63,117 nt of DNA, filler included, from Pelomyxa schiedti (GCA_020536535.1; 14 parts of 14 records of this genome joined end to end with filler, not necessarily neighbours in it); one strand, 5' to 3'; positions 1 through 12,222 are shown, counted from the first letter of the whole stretch. The notes: generated by a model from the sequence alone, not told the origin. Program-made: numbers and translations.

Positions 1-2
1 AT

Positions 3-338
3 TTTAGCTCTCTGGGATTCTCTAACAACTATGGTTCCACTATTTGGAATATGACACTGATATGCACAGTTTATGGTGCTGTGCTGCTTGCATACTTTGC
101 CATCATATTTTCCTGCCCACTTTTCTGTTTCTGTCTCTGCAATTGCAGCCGTCACTGTTGCTCTGAGTGCTGCGGTCAGTGCTTGGAGAGCCTTTGCCAG
201 GGCTGCAGTCAGTGTTCAGATTGCTTGTGTCAGGCCTGCGGTCAGTGCTGCAAGTGCTTCTGTCATTGCTGTAAGGGTTGCAAGTGTGGCAAATCCCAAT
301 GTTGTACTTGTTGCACAAAACAGACACATTTACCATAA
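3..338 (+). CDS. 3' part of a membrane protein with a hydrophobic helix followed by a very Cys-rich tail
   Basis: Open frame from window start to TAA at 336-338. LICTVYGAVLLAYFAIIFS is a putative TM helix, followed by 28 Cys in about 67 residues (CC, CxC, CxxC). Confidence 0.5.
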   Translation, partial: FSSLGFSNNYGSTIWNMTLICTVYGAVLLAYFAIIFSCPLFCFCLCNCSRHCCSECCGQCLESLCQGCSQCSDCLCQACGQCCKCFCHCCKGCKCGKSQCCTCCTKQTHLP

Positions 339-400
339 CTTACACCCTGTTGTTTGTTATCGTTTTTTTGTTTTTTCCCGGTTCGGTGTGAGTTGGTGTG

Positions 401-2562
401 TTATAGCTCACCTCTTGCACGTTTTGCAAGGGTGTGGAGGGATGTGTGAAGGGCAACAGAGACGTACACCTGGTACTTGGCTGGGTCTGTTGGCGATGTG
501 GTCCTGATGGCGTTGAACCCAGCGGCCTGCGTGAGCACACTCTGCCGGATTTCCGCGATGTCCCTCTTGATGCTCTGGTCAACAACGGTGCCGTGGTCCC
601 ACACTAGGTGGTGCAGAGTCACAACCTTGGCCGGTGTGATCACTCTGTAATTGAATTGAGAAAAGGGGAGATATGGTAGGATAATATGTATGTATAAGAA
701 GAAAAGCACTTACACGGGCTTCTGAGCCGGATCGGGGTTGTATGGAAGCATGAGGTTACATGGCTGGCCGGCAATAGGAGCTGGCTCTGGTGTGAGGGTC
801 ATGTAGTCGCAAAGTGGGCTCCCGTCATCTCCAAAGAACCGGTAACCGGTTTTGTTTCCAGGAAGGCTCATTTTGCCCACATCTTCACTCAGCTTGACTC
901 GAGCTTCACCGGAGATCTGTTGGGAGTTAGACTTGGGAGCAGGACTGCATCACACACATCAACAAGCTTGAACACAGCTCCCAGTGCGGGCTGCGCCTCG
1001 CATGTCACAAGGTTTGTACCTTAACATTAGTTAGAACAGTGCATTTGAAAAGGATACCGCACCAATCCCAAAGCAATCAAGGGAGTGTCCGGACTTTTTG
1101 AGTTCCAGAAGTTTGTGTTCATTGATATCATTGCTTGCTACAATGGTGAACGTAGAGAAGTAGTCAATGTTCACAATGGTTCCAACCTCTGTTCTAGATT
1201 AGAAAAAGTGGGGAAACAAAAACCCTTACTTGTGAAGAGTGCTCTTGCTTTATTAGACAAATCAGCAAGGTCCCCAGAGTCTAATCTTATGCCTCGGGCA
1301 CGGTAGCCTGCTCTATGAAGGGCCAAAGAAACACTGAGGAAGTTTGGTACACCGGACTTGATTGTGTCATAGGTGTCAACGAGAGCGAGGAATGTCCGCG
1401 GGAATACACGGGCATATGCCGCATAGGAAATAAGTTCGCCTTGAGGGTGGTCAAATGATGAGAAGAAAGAAGTCGGAGAACATGCCTTTGTTTGTGGAGG
1501 TGAACCCCAATTCCTGCCGGCAATCAAAGCACTCTTGAATGAAATTGGGATGCTTTACTCCATTGGCATCAATAAAGGAAGTATCTGGAAGAGTTGCTTC
1601 ATCCTGAATGTTGTTGAGGTAACAAAAGATTAGAACGTGCACAAACCGTGAAAGACTGTATGAAGGCATGAGCCATCGTGCCTGAAGGACCAAAATTAAA
1701 GAAGGTGATGATGGAAAGGTCTTACCCGATATGTCACAGCCATACATAAATCCAGCAAGTACATTGGAGGTGCCGTTAACTCCTCCCATGTAGGTATATC
1801 GGCTGGCACTCATTGCTCCATCTGGACCCTGGGCTCGCCGGAGACCAAACTCTATCACAGTCTTGCCTGTTGGTGTGCCATCCATATTGATTGCCTCCGC
1901 GGCAATTACGTGACGAAGGGCATTGGTACAAACAAGGGTGGGATAGTTCACAAGGCACAGAAGTGTTGTTTCGAGCAGTTGAACAATCGCAACTGGGTTA
2001 CGGTCAAATATTCCCTCATTTTATGAAAGAAACATACGAGGCCCTTCAAGTCTCAAGAGCGGAACAGAGGGGAAGCAGAAACTGCCTTCATTCAAAGCAT
2101 ACACTTTGATGGAGTTGGTCGATGCATGTCGCAACCACTCTATAAATTCGTTGCTGCAACTGAGTGTCTTCTGAATATAGGCCAGCTGGTCAGAGGTAAA
2201 GCCCCATGTTTGGATGAAGCTTATCTTTTTACCGTCAGTGCAAAGAAGGAATAATAAGAGAAAAGATAAGTACCGCTTCTTTTAAACCAGCAAAAACAGT
2301 ATATTCACCTTTAAACGGGCACTTCCTGAAGAACAAATCAAATACAGCAGGTCTTTCATGAGTACCAGTGCAAAAATAGCCGTAAGCCTGGACGAAAACC
2401 AAGTAAATAGAGCCAAACAAAAAAAGAAATAAATATAGGAATTTGGTTTTGAAATAGCGTTATGCTTTAGTAACAGAAATTAAAGGGTGAACCGACCATG
2501 GAGAGCTGGTACAGATCTGTAAGCAGTCCGCAGGTCAACGAGTTGGCACAAACAAGAGACGA
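401..2562 (-). CDS. NAPRT: Nicotinate phosphoribosyltransferase (multi-exon); first codons lie in the displaced contig, ATG at 5256-5258
   Basis: Motifs LLTDLYQLSM|AYGYF, AVFDLFFRKCPFKGEYTVFAGL, EFGLRRAQGPDGAMSASRY, LVDTYDT, GIRLDSGDLA, KLSEDVGKMSLPG, C-terminal GEL*. Exons are separated by GT-AG introns. Confidence 0.95.
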
Positions 2563-2792
2563 NNNNNNNNNNNNNNNNNNNNNNNNNNNNNNNNNNNNNN
2601 NNNNNNNNNNNNNNNNNNNNNNNNNNNNNNNNNNNNNNNNNNNNNNNNNNNNNNNNNNNNNNAAGCAGTGGACAAAAGTTGCTCGTTTTTTTAGCTTACT
2701 TTCTTGGCTCGGAAATCGCCGTTTATCGGCTGTCCATCACAATTTTCAACACACACTCACAAACCAAAAACAAAAGCGGGGACGAGTCTACG

Positions 2793-4942
2793 ATGATGAA
2801 CAGCCGGAGGTGCGTGCGGCCTGAGGTCGTTGGTGCTCTGTGCGACATATTGACTCCATGTGCGTTGGTTAGATCTTGAGATCTCGCGTCGTTTTTCGTT
2901 TGTTGTGGGGGCCTCTTGCTGTTTTGGTTTTTTTGTCTTGTTCCCTCTGGTTTTTTACGCTTATTTTATTGTGGCGTTTAGATGTATGTTGTGAATACAT
3001 TTTTCGGTTGTCTGGCGTGAGGGAGAGAGCCGACAAGATGGTTTACGCGATTCAATCGACCACTACCAGTGACCAAGCGGCTGTCACCAAGGCCATCAGG
3101 GCCGCACTGGGTGACGCCGTGGAGCCGCACGACGTAACAAGCGCTTTCAAGCAGTATTTGAGAGGCTTGGATCAACCCATCATCCCACCTGCAAATGCTC
3201 AGGCATTCAAGGATGCATTGGGTTTGTCCCGCCTCTGCTTGTTCCCTTTCTAATGTTCCGCACCCAGAACAAAGCAGAAAGGGTGATACGGCTGAACTAG
3301 CTTCTGCTGTTGCGTCATTGCCTCCAGGTAACCGGGTTGCACTCCAAGTACTCATGAGACTTTTGTTTCAAGTGAGGTCCGGCGATTACGTATGGTTCCA
3401 AACAATTTCAAAACTCAATGCCTTAAAGTGAGGAATCTAAGTCCAACTTGATGGACGCTCGAAGTATTGGTGTTCTTGTTGGCCCATCGGTACTTCTATT
3501 CGTACTTCTAACTCCTTATTCTGATCAACACTTGAAGTTATTTCGGGAGGACCCTTCCACCGCGGCTGTTGGTGTCCGGCAACATTCTGAAATAATCACT
3601 GCTTTGATAGAGCACTTTCCAGACATTTTTGAGGTTTCATTAATCTCGTTGTTGTCTTCCATAATAACTATCTGTTCGTTTGCTAACAGAGCAACTCTGC
3701 TGAATGGGCAGAGTTTGTCGATCCGGCAACTGGAAAAACGTTCTATTCCAATAAAATTGGGAACTACACTCAATGGGATGTTCCCAAGGTTTTGAGGCCC
3801 AAAGTTACTTCTCCTCCACCCAAGACCGTGCACACAGAGGAGCAAACAGTATGTAGTGTCCCTGCTGGGCTTGTCTCCAACTTAAATACTTCAGCTTCCC
3901 ACTGGATGGACATCCATCACCGACACGGAGGGAAGACTACTGTATGTCAACACGGAAACTGGACAAACACAATGGACAAAACCAACAATGTCTACCATAC
4001 AGTCACATCGGTCTTCAGCACCTCCGCAAAAGCCATTGCCAAAGCCAGGGGGAGCACCCACTCCTCCCCCGAAGACAGGAACAACACCCACACCACCACC
4101 TAAGAGGCTGCCAACCCCACCTCCAAAAACCCTACCAAATGCCGGGCCTTCTTCACCAACATTGTCACCTGCTGAACCCGCGAGGACTGATTCCCCTCCT
4201 CCTCCACCACCTCAGCAGTCCACAACGCCACCAATTTCACCTGTAATATTACCACACCCCGAAACGGTTCGCGCCGTTTCGCCACCACCGCGATCCACAA
4301 CGCCACCGGCCTCAGCACCATCACAACATCACCATCACCATGAACATCATGTAAAAAAACCATCCACAAGCAAGTCCACAAAAGAAGTTCAACCAGCAAC
4401 AACCCCGGCAGCAACCGAACTGCCAGCAACACAACAACCAACAACAGTGGCGCCCCCAGTAGCAGAGGAACCACCCAAGACCGTAAAGGTAATGTTCATT
4501 CATTCATTCATTCCTGGCAAACACCGCTCATCATCCAAAACCCAGATATCAGGGTGGATGTTCAAAGATGGTGGAGGGAGGATGAAAGGCTGGCAGAGGA
4601 GGTGGTTTGATTTGGATCCCGACAGAAAGACACTCACTTATTCCAAGACTTCCGGCTCGGTACGATTCCCAACAACGTTCTCTTACTCAAATCTCACTTG
4701 CACCTATCTTCGCAGACAACACCCAAAGGTGTGATCACCCTCGATCAAGCCTCAGTGACAAACGAGATTGCACCCGGCAAGGAATTCTCCTTCACGTTGC
4801 GGTTGTTTTCCTTCATTTTTAACTCTTAAACTAACCGCACAACAACAGAACACCTGGCCGTGATTTCCACCTCCAGGCGTCTAGCATGCCGGACCAACAG
4901 GCTTGGATGCACGCCCTCAGGTGCGCCCTACCCAAGTCATAA
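2793..4942 (+). CDS. RhoGAP - WW - proline-rich - PH domain protein (multi-exon)
   Basis: RhoGAP motifs YIFRLSG (Arg finger), HDVTSAFKQYLRGLDQPIIP, LPPGNRVALQVLMRLL, MDARSIGVLVGPSVL. WW domain LPTGWTSITDTEGRLLYVNTETGQTQWTKP at about 3892-3985. PH domain GWMFKDGGGRMKGWQRRWF...KGVITL...WMHALR. Start position approximate. Confidence 0.9.
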
Positions 4943-5131
4943 AACTCAATAGACTCTTGCCTTCACCGTGTCATCATTTTTCTAAGTTGGTATGATACAC
5001 GAAAAAACCAACTAGGCATTCTCAAAAAAAANNNNNNNNNNNNNNNNNNNNNNNNNNNNNNNNNNNNNNNNNNNNNNNNNNNNNNNNNNNNNNNNNNNNN
5101 NNNNNNNNNNNNNNNNNNNNNNNNNNNNNNN

Positions 5132-5635
5132 GAAATAGCGTTATGCTTTAGTAACAGAAATTAAAGGGTGAACCGACCATGGAGAGCTGGTACAGATCTG
5201 TAAGCAGTCCGCAGGTCAACGAGTTGGCACAAACAAGAGACGACGTTGTCGACGACATTTATATCTGATACTGTTGTTACTGTCTGTTATACGGCAAGAT
5301 CCACCGAGTACCCACCAGGCCCTTCAAGCGACGATAATTACTTTGGTTCGTTTGTTTTTTTGTTTGATGTTTGGAAGTTACGCATTTCAGGAAATCTGAG
5401 AAGGACCTCAGAACACAATCATACCTTTGCGAGAACCATAATGGGGATTGAGGGGATGCACACTCAGGTACATCAGGGTGAAGTGATTGGTTGTTGTTTC
5501 GCTCGTTTCCCGACAAGCAGTGGACAAAAGTTGCTCGTTTTTTTAGCTTACTTTCTTGGCTCGGAAATCGCCGTTTATCGGCTGTCCATCACAATTTTCA
5601 ACACACACTCACAAACCAAAAACAAAAGCGGGGAC
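5132..5635. other. Displaced gap-filling contig: belongs inside the N gap at 2563-2662
   Basis: 5132-5243 is identical to 2451-2562 and 5515-5635 is identical to 2663-2783. The unique part 5244-5514 carries the NAPRT start (MSSTTSSLV..., ATG at 5258 on minus). Confidence 0.92.
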
Positions 5636-5735
5636 NNNNNNNNNNNNNNNNNNNNNNNNNNNNNNNNNNNNNNNNNNNNTTAATTAATTAANNNNNNNNN
5701 NNNNNNNNNNNNNNNNNNNNNNNNNNNNNNNNNNN
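5636..5735. other. Artificial scaffold-concatenation linker N44-TTAATTAATTAA-N44 (first of 13; others start at 7300, 10671, 12123, 44199, 45707, 47346, 51799, 53685, 54836, 55989, 57236, 58855)
   Basis: The same 12-mer with stops in all six frames sits centred in 100-bp N blocks, and sequence on either side is unrelated. Confidence 0.95.
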
Positions 5736-6201
5736 GACTGTGCTGTGGACACCATTGCTGCTGCTGCAGAGGCAGCAGGACAAGTCATAGCCGATGCTCA
5801 ATCCAGCAGGACATTCTTCCTTATTTTCCTGAAGTTACTCCAATACTTATGAATATGATAGGAAACAGCAAACATATGAAGGTTAGAACTTGTCTTTAAC
5901 ACAGGGTACCAATCTTGATTACTACCAACTAGACCTCTTGCAGTGTGGCCGGGCACTAAAGTGCATGGCCTCTTTGGGGAATTCAGTAGGCCGCACTTAC
6001 TTCAAGGTTCCTTTGAAATTCTTGCCTTCCAACTTTTATTTTTGTACCCCTTTTTCCCAGAGTTTATGAAGAGTGTATTAGGCGCTCTAAAAAAAGTGGG
6101 TGCCATATCCATGTACGAACTACAAGACAGCTGTTTTGAAGCGCTTACAAGCGCTGTTGAAATAATGACAGTATGTTGGACACTGCCTAAGTGTTTAACA
6201 C

Positions 6202-6480
6202 TTACCTCTGAAGGTTGATTTTGTGCCTTACTTGGAGATTGTCATGAATCAAGTACTTGAAATAATGGAATCTCCTGCTGGTGAGGTCAGTACTCTCGAA
6301 ACTTCGGCTGAAGTAACAAAAATGTTCTCTGCGCCATTTAATTCCCTTTGCAAGTTCCAGCTTGTTTCTGATGCAGCACTTGGGTAGCACAGACTCAAAG
6401 AAGCAGGAAATCTTCTCCCCATTATAACATAAGATTTCGAGAGAGAGAAGCATTGACAAATATCCTCAAGAACCAAGTTC
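6202..6480 (-). CDS. Possible exon or remnant of an ankyrin-like repeat protein
   Basis: Open frame ...VLPKCCIRNKLELAKGIKW...IHDNLQ followed by a GTAAGG donor. Neighbouring frames contain stops. Confidence 0.25.
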
Positions 6481-6856
6481 CCTGCATCAGTATAGATGAT
6501 AGCGACAGCACCAGGAGTGATGAGGACAGATATCTAAGATTATTTTAATAAAATAATTCAGCCAAATACATTGAATCGCTTTTTCTTTCCGTCTATCCGG
6601 TTAAGTGCGACGTGTCCCAAGTGGTGGGAAACAGACGCAATACTATCCAGAGCCTCAGTTGAGCGTCATGCACCCCAATCAGATGCCTGTCAATTATGTG
6701 TCTCATCAATCCAACAGAGAAAAGAACAAAAATGATCGTTGCGAAAGAACCACCAATGAGCGATGGTAGCTCACTCTTTTTATTGTTTCTTTTTTGTTAT
6801 AACTAACAAGGAGGCCACCTTTTGAACCTCTTCGTTTAGTTACCTCCAGCGTCCTT

Positions 6857-7299
6857 GTGGTTCCAACACCCACCACAGCAGTTAACACAAACGATGGTTC
6901 CACACCGACCCAGACATGTCCCCCCAACACTACGACTGAGGAGTGTGCGTCCCACCAACAACAACAACAACAACGCCGGCGGGCAGCTTCTGTCTCGCGG
7001 GCCGTTTCTACATCGATGATTGTGTGGGAGTGGGTGCTCCCCTGGCTGGTCCCAGCCCCGCTGATCCACAGCCCAAGGGGCAGCGACAGCACCACCCGCA
7101 CGAGAGTCAAATTCAAGCACACCGTGACACTGTGCGCCATCGCAGAGGCCATGTTCCCCCTCGTCGGGCGTGCGTGCAAGTCCATCGTGTCCCACTACGA
7201 GCGCTGGAGCGCGGCCGTTGGAGTCGCGGGGGAAGCAGGGAGCAGGCTGTGCGTGGGCTGGCTGCTGAGGAACAGGAGGAGAGTGGGCCCACTGGATGG
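6857..7299 (+). CDS. N-terminal fragment of a lineage-expanded family protein (paralogue of 7400-9532)
   Basis: STSMIVWEWVLPW...AIAEAMFPLV matches TSRVVWDDVIAPGW...AAAGAMFPLV in the 7580-9532 ORF. Truncated by a linker. Confidence 0.6.
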
Positions 7300-7399
7300 N
7301 NNNNNNNNNNNNNNNNNNNNNNNNNNNNNNNNNNNNNNNNNNNTTAATTAATTAANNNNNNNNNNNNNNNNNNNNNNNNNNNNNNNNNNNNNNNNNNNN

Positions 7400-9532
7400 G
7401 TGATCCCGAATTTGCTCATTGTGAACGTGGCAATGGATGGAGAGTGGACGGCGACAGGCATCAGGTGCCTGCGTATCAGATCCGCGTCAATCTTGGGGAA
7501 CTTGCGCACAATCACCTTCCACGCTTGTAAGTTGATCTCGAAGAAGCTGCCACGGTTAGGCAGCCAGTACTTAAACATCTCAATCACCTTTAAGTGAGTT
7601 GAGTGTGAAATGAAAAAAAAAACCACTTACCTCATCCATGGTGATTCCAAAGGAATCAATGAGCCACTCCACGCAGCTGGTTTTCTTTCTCAGGAGAATG
7701 CTGTACAGGAGGCTATTATGATTCCTCTTGATGTGGATGTCTTCAAGGTGGAACTGTGTGATTGCCCACTTCACGGATTTGGTTGAAAATGCTCGGAACG
7801 GTTCGCCTGTCATGCGCCTTGTGACCATCTCTCTGGTGAACAACGAACAGTCAAACAAAGTGGCAAACTTTCGCAGTTTGGCATGGCCCCATCTCAAAAA
7901 TATGCTCAGAAGAGACTCCAGGAGTTTTGTGTCTCCTGCTTGTGGTTTGCAATTGGGAAACACCTCCAGAAGGTGCAAAACAAAATTGAGACGGAAATAA
8001 CTGAGGGCAGATGTGATTGCTTTGTGAACGGAAGTGGCAGTTATTTGCTCAGGATGTGTCAGATGCTGTAGGAACCAGAGAAGCCCATCCAATCCGTCCT
8101 TGTAATCCCCAAACTCCTTGCATATTTGATCAAGCATGGCTCCAGGAGCCTCAGGGTCCGAATTCACAGCTCCCATGACACCAAATGTGCTCTCCAACCA
8201 ATTTGCAATCGCGGTGTTGTTCCAACGGAGTGCGCGTTCAAGGGAGGACTGAATTTCAGCTAGGCCCAGTTTCACCCTGGTTGAGAGCCACCGTGGAAGA
8301 CTGCTTCCACCCTTGCCTGTGGAGCACACACTCAAAAAGGTATCTTCTGTCGGAGTGAAGTGCCTTTCAGTGATGAGCCACTCCACAAAGTCCACTTCGG
8401 CAATGGACTGGCACATTTCATTCAGAGTTGATTGGCTTGGTTCCACTGGCGCAGTTGAAATCGCCCACTTCCCGATGCTTGCATTCTTCACTGAACGCAG
8501 CACATAGTCATTGATTTCCTCTTCGGGAAATTGAGCTCTCAGGTATTCACACAGTCCCACGGTGCCACGTTCATTTCTCATTGCACTTGACAGCAGGTCA
8601 CAGTCTGGTGGAAGCTTGGGGAAGTTCTCAACACACCACTTCACATTTTCAGGAACATCGCCAGTGGTGCACCAGACTGCCAGTTCTCCCTGTCCCCGCA
8701 ATGGAGACAACTTCTTCGCCAAATCGAACTCCCCTTCCACCCACTTCACAACATCCATGTTGCCGCACAGTAAACCCATCTTAAAGAATGGCAGAAGAGC
8801 CCACTTCGAGTCGTCTGCCCCGATTCCCAATGCGGAAGCGAGCCACTTTGCAGACTCGACGTTCGCCGATGCACACGCGCCCCTCGTTGCACCCCCGGCC
8901 TTCACAAGCTCCAGCACATCATTCCTCAATCCACTCGCAGAACTCTCAGGACTGGCCGGATCAACATCCCGGCACCAGTCCGGGACCGCGTAACCATCCC
9001 ATAATGACCACGGGAAAGTGCCCCCCGCGCTTTTCCCTTCCTCTCCCTCGGACCCACCTCCGAACACGCAGCGGGCAGCCTCCACGTTCCCAGAATCGCA
9101 CAGGCCGCACAACACCCACGCAGCCTCCTTGACCGTCGTCGTCGTGGTGGTGGTGGTGGCGGCGGCGGCGAGGCGCCTGCCGCGCCTGTGGTGCCGCACG
9201 ATCCACGCCACGCACGAGGGGGTGCCAGCCTTGGCCGCGGCCCACAGGGGGCGGTGGTGCGGGCGGCTCTCGGCGGCGGCGCCGCGCAGCTCGCGGGAGC
9301 AGACGAGGGCCACGAGGGGGAACATGGCCCCCGCCGCGGCGAACGCGTCCACGCCCCGGGTGTCGTGGCGTGGGGAGCGGGGCTTGGAGTGGTCGAGCCA
9401 GCCCGGCGCGATCACGTCGTCCCACACAACTCGTGATGTGTACAGGATGTGGCTGATGGACTCAAGACGTTGCCTCGTTCTGTTGTAGGATGTGGTGCAC
9501 GACCCCAACGACTGTTGTTCGTCGCCACTCAT
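7400..9532 (-). CDS. Degenerate ankyrin-repeat-like helical protein of a lineage-expanded family
   Basis: 650-aa ORF with recurrent (A/L)C..GN.(E/D)(V/A)(A/V)KW helical repeats. An intron near 7593-7630 (GTAAGT...AAAG) joins it to the exon VIEMFKYW...SKFGI, which runs into the linker. Confidence 0.75.
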
Positions 9533-9613
9533 GAGCGTTGTTGGTTTCCACTAAATGAAAACTTTGTTTGAAGGTACTTGATTGGCCAAAGAAATTTTTT
9601 CTTATGTTCTTGA

Positions 9614-10670
9614 TTGAAATATCACTCACATATATCACCCACATGGAATGTTCTCCTTGAAAACCTTTCAGTAAAAGCTGCTGTTTTGCAACAGTATCTG
9701 ACAGTATTCATAGAGAGGAATTGGCCAGTAACCGAAGAGAGTCAGGGTCTCTCAACTGCATCCTTGAAAGAACAACAAGAAGCAGGTCATACCACTTTTT
9801 CTCACACATCAAAGTGATCCACTTGGGTTTGACACTATCCTCCCAATGAACAATCCTCTCAAGCAAATGCTCCAAGATGTCTCTCCGACTGTATTCCATA
9901 GCAGTCACTATCAATTCAGAAATGAGCAAGGCGTCACCCTCTGTGGGACATTTGTTGATGATCCTGATGACATCGGCAGAGGAGTGGCCTCTTTTGATTG
10001 AACTGATGAGCATGCGAAGCCAAAAATCATCTGTAGGTAAAACAGGGTCTGGCCACTTGCGGGATAAAAACCATTCCATGGCTCTCTTAATGAAAAGTCA
10101 GCCCAATGTTACACAAGTATAAGATTGGGAATTTTGGAAATCGGCACCGGACATGCAGTTTCTGAACTCTCTGCAAACTCCCTTCTACAGAACCCAAACT
10201 GGCAGTGTAGCCATTCTGCAAACTTGCAGGGATGCACAAGTGTGAGAAATGTATGGTAGAGGAACAGTCACAATATTGTTTTGAAATTAAAAGTATGAGT
10301 TCTAGCATAAGTATATCATATAAAATATATAATAATCTTTTCTTTTTCTTGGCACGAAACTACCTCCACGTTGCCATAACGTAGGGCCGAGGCCAAAAGA
10401 ATATTGCTGCCATACTCTATGTCAGCCCTCTCCAGCCGCGAACCGACAATCAGCCCCCTGAGCAGGTCCCAGTCCTGAGCCCCAGCACACGCAGACAGGA
10501 CCTGCCTCAGTATCCACCTGCCCGTGATCCCCGGCGGGCCCGCGGGCGACTCCCTGGGCCGCAGGCACGGGGCCGCCTGCACAACCCAGCGGACCGCCCG
10601 CCTCCACCCCCTGCACACGCACTGGGCCAGCACCTCGGCCAGCCGGTCGCGGTCCGCGGCGGGGCTGTGG
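9614..10670 (-). CDS. Multi-exon ankyrin-like helical repeat protein (5' truncated)
   Basis: Exons LAQCVCRGWRRAVRWV..., LLASALRYGNVEVV, LIVTAMEYSRRDILEHLL resemble ankyrin helix-turn-helix units. Exon boundaries uncertain. Confidence 0.55.
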
Positions 10671-10770
10671 NNNNNNNNNNNNNNNNNNNNNNNNNNNNNN
10701 NNNNNNNNNNNNNNTTAATTAATTAANNNNNNNNNNNNNNNNNNNNNNNNNNNNNNNNNNNNNNNNNNNN

Positions 10771-11095
10771 TGACTGTTGGTGGCTTTGGTGGGTGTTGGA
10801 ATGAGGGGTTCTTTGGTGAAGACCCAACTGGTGTGAAGCAGGCTGTTCCCCAACAGCCACAGGTGAAAGGTGGCCACATGGGTGGTGGTGGGTCTTCCGG
10901 TTACAACCCTGGTAATATGCAGGGCGTTGGAGGAACCAAAGGAGGAGGTGGAAGTGGTGGGTCAAGCAACGCAGGAGGAGGTGGAGGTGGTGCATCGTTC
11001 ATTGAGGACAATGTGACTGGTGCACTGATAGCAGCAGCCGGTGGAGGTGGAGGGGGCGGCGGATACTGCTCCGGGGGTGGCGGTGGCGGAGGAGG
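10771..11095 (+). other. Inverted continuation of the Gly-rich domain of the adjacent minus-strand gene
   Basis: The plus frame reads TVGGFGG...GGGGGGASFIEDNVTGALIAAAGGGGGGGG, the motifs expected after KLWGAGGG...GGGGGFA, but on the opposite strand. Confidence 0.75.
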
Positions 11096-12122
11096 GGCAA
11101 ACCCTCCACCTCCACCACATGTTGCTATGTTTCCGTTTCCTCCACATCCATTGTTGCCACAACTTCCACCACCAGCACCCCACAGCTTCACGATCACCCT
11201 GCTTGTCTTCACCAATTTTGTTGGTTGGGAGAATGGTGATGACCCTACTTGTGTTACTGCACGAACAACAGCACTGTATTCTATTCCTGGCCTCAGCCCA
11301 TCAATGATCACCTGGCACGTTGTTGTTGGTGCCACCACGGTTTTTGTGGAACAGACTTTGCTCATCACATCTGCAATCTGGACCTCGTATTTTGTGACAG
11401 GAGCGCCCCTCTCAATTGCTGGATTCCACTTCACTGTGACTGTTGTGGAAGTCACAGAAACGATGTCAACACCTGTCACTTCTGCTGGTGGGCCTGTCGG
11501 GGGATGAGAATTAGTTTCATTGAATATGAATGAGAGTTTGTGTGCACACGCACCAACAAGAGATATTGAGCCAATCTTGGCAATGAGTGAGAGGATTGGC
11601 TGTGCATTGGCCACTTTCACATCAAACCTCAGAGGGTCCCACTTGGAGATTGTACCAGTGGTGAGAATCTGCCATACAAATGGTCAGGGACAAGGATGTG
11701 AAGTGGCCTACAGTCACACTTACCTTCAGAAGGCTTCGGCATTGCTGGATTGTTTCTGCAAGAAACGGCAAGTTTATTGTTGTGCCTTCTTCTTCAAGAG
11801 GCAATTCAAACCAGTGTGATGCCATCTTGATCTGTGATGATATGCGCTCCAAGTGACTCAGCCTCTCTGCTGCTTGGAAATCTTTTTTGGGTGTATGTGA
11901 CGACATTAACTTAAGAGGTTAACGAACCACAAGCAGCCTTCAACTTTGCACTGGCATCAAGCAACTCAGTTCGTTTTGTGTCAAGAGCTTCAAAAAGGCT
12001 TGTGAAAAGAGCATTGACATCATTCTCAAACTTGTGCACAATCTTTTTGTCACAGGAAGATTTATGTGAATGTCACATTGAAAGAGGGGGAGAGATGGAA
12101 CCTTGGAGTAATCGCTTGTCTC
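11096..12122 (-). CDS. Coiled-coil - fibronectin type III - glycine-rich domain protein (TRIM-like coiled coil; 5' truncated)
   Basis: KIVHKFENDVNALFTSLFEALDTKRTELL coiled coil. FN3 signature PPAEVTGVDIVSVTSTTVTVKWNP...YEVQ...GLRPGIEYSAVVRAVTQVGSSPFS. Then VIVKLWGAGGGS...GGGGGFA, the start of an ALK/LTK-type Gly-rich domain. Confidence 0.8.
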
Positions 12123-12222
12123 NNNNNNNNNNNNNNNNNNNNNNNNNNNNNNNNNNNNNNNNNNNNTTAATTAATTAANNNNNNNNNNNNNNNNNNNNNN
12201 NNNNNNNNNNNNNNNNNNNNNN

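Noticed and set aside
5680-5691. TTAATTAATTAA as a recurring biological motif
   Set aside because: Always centred in 100-bp N blocks; it is a six-frame stop linker.
8313-9488. Multiple overlapping alternative-frame and antisense ORFs in GC-rich genes (also 29551-30654 and 55009-55617)
   Set aside because: Shadow ORFs of GC-rich coding sequence with no recognisable motifs.
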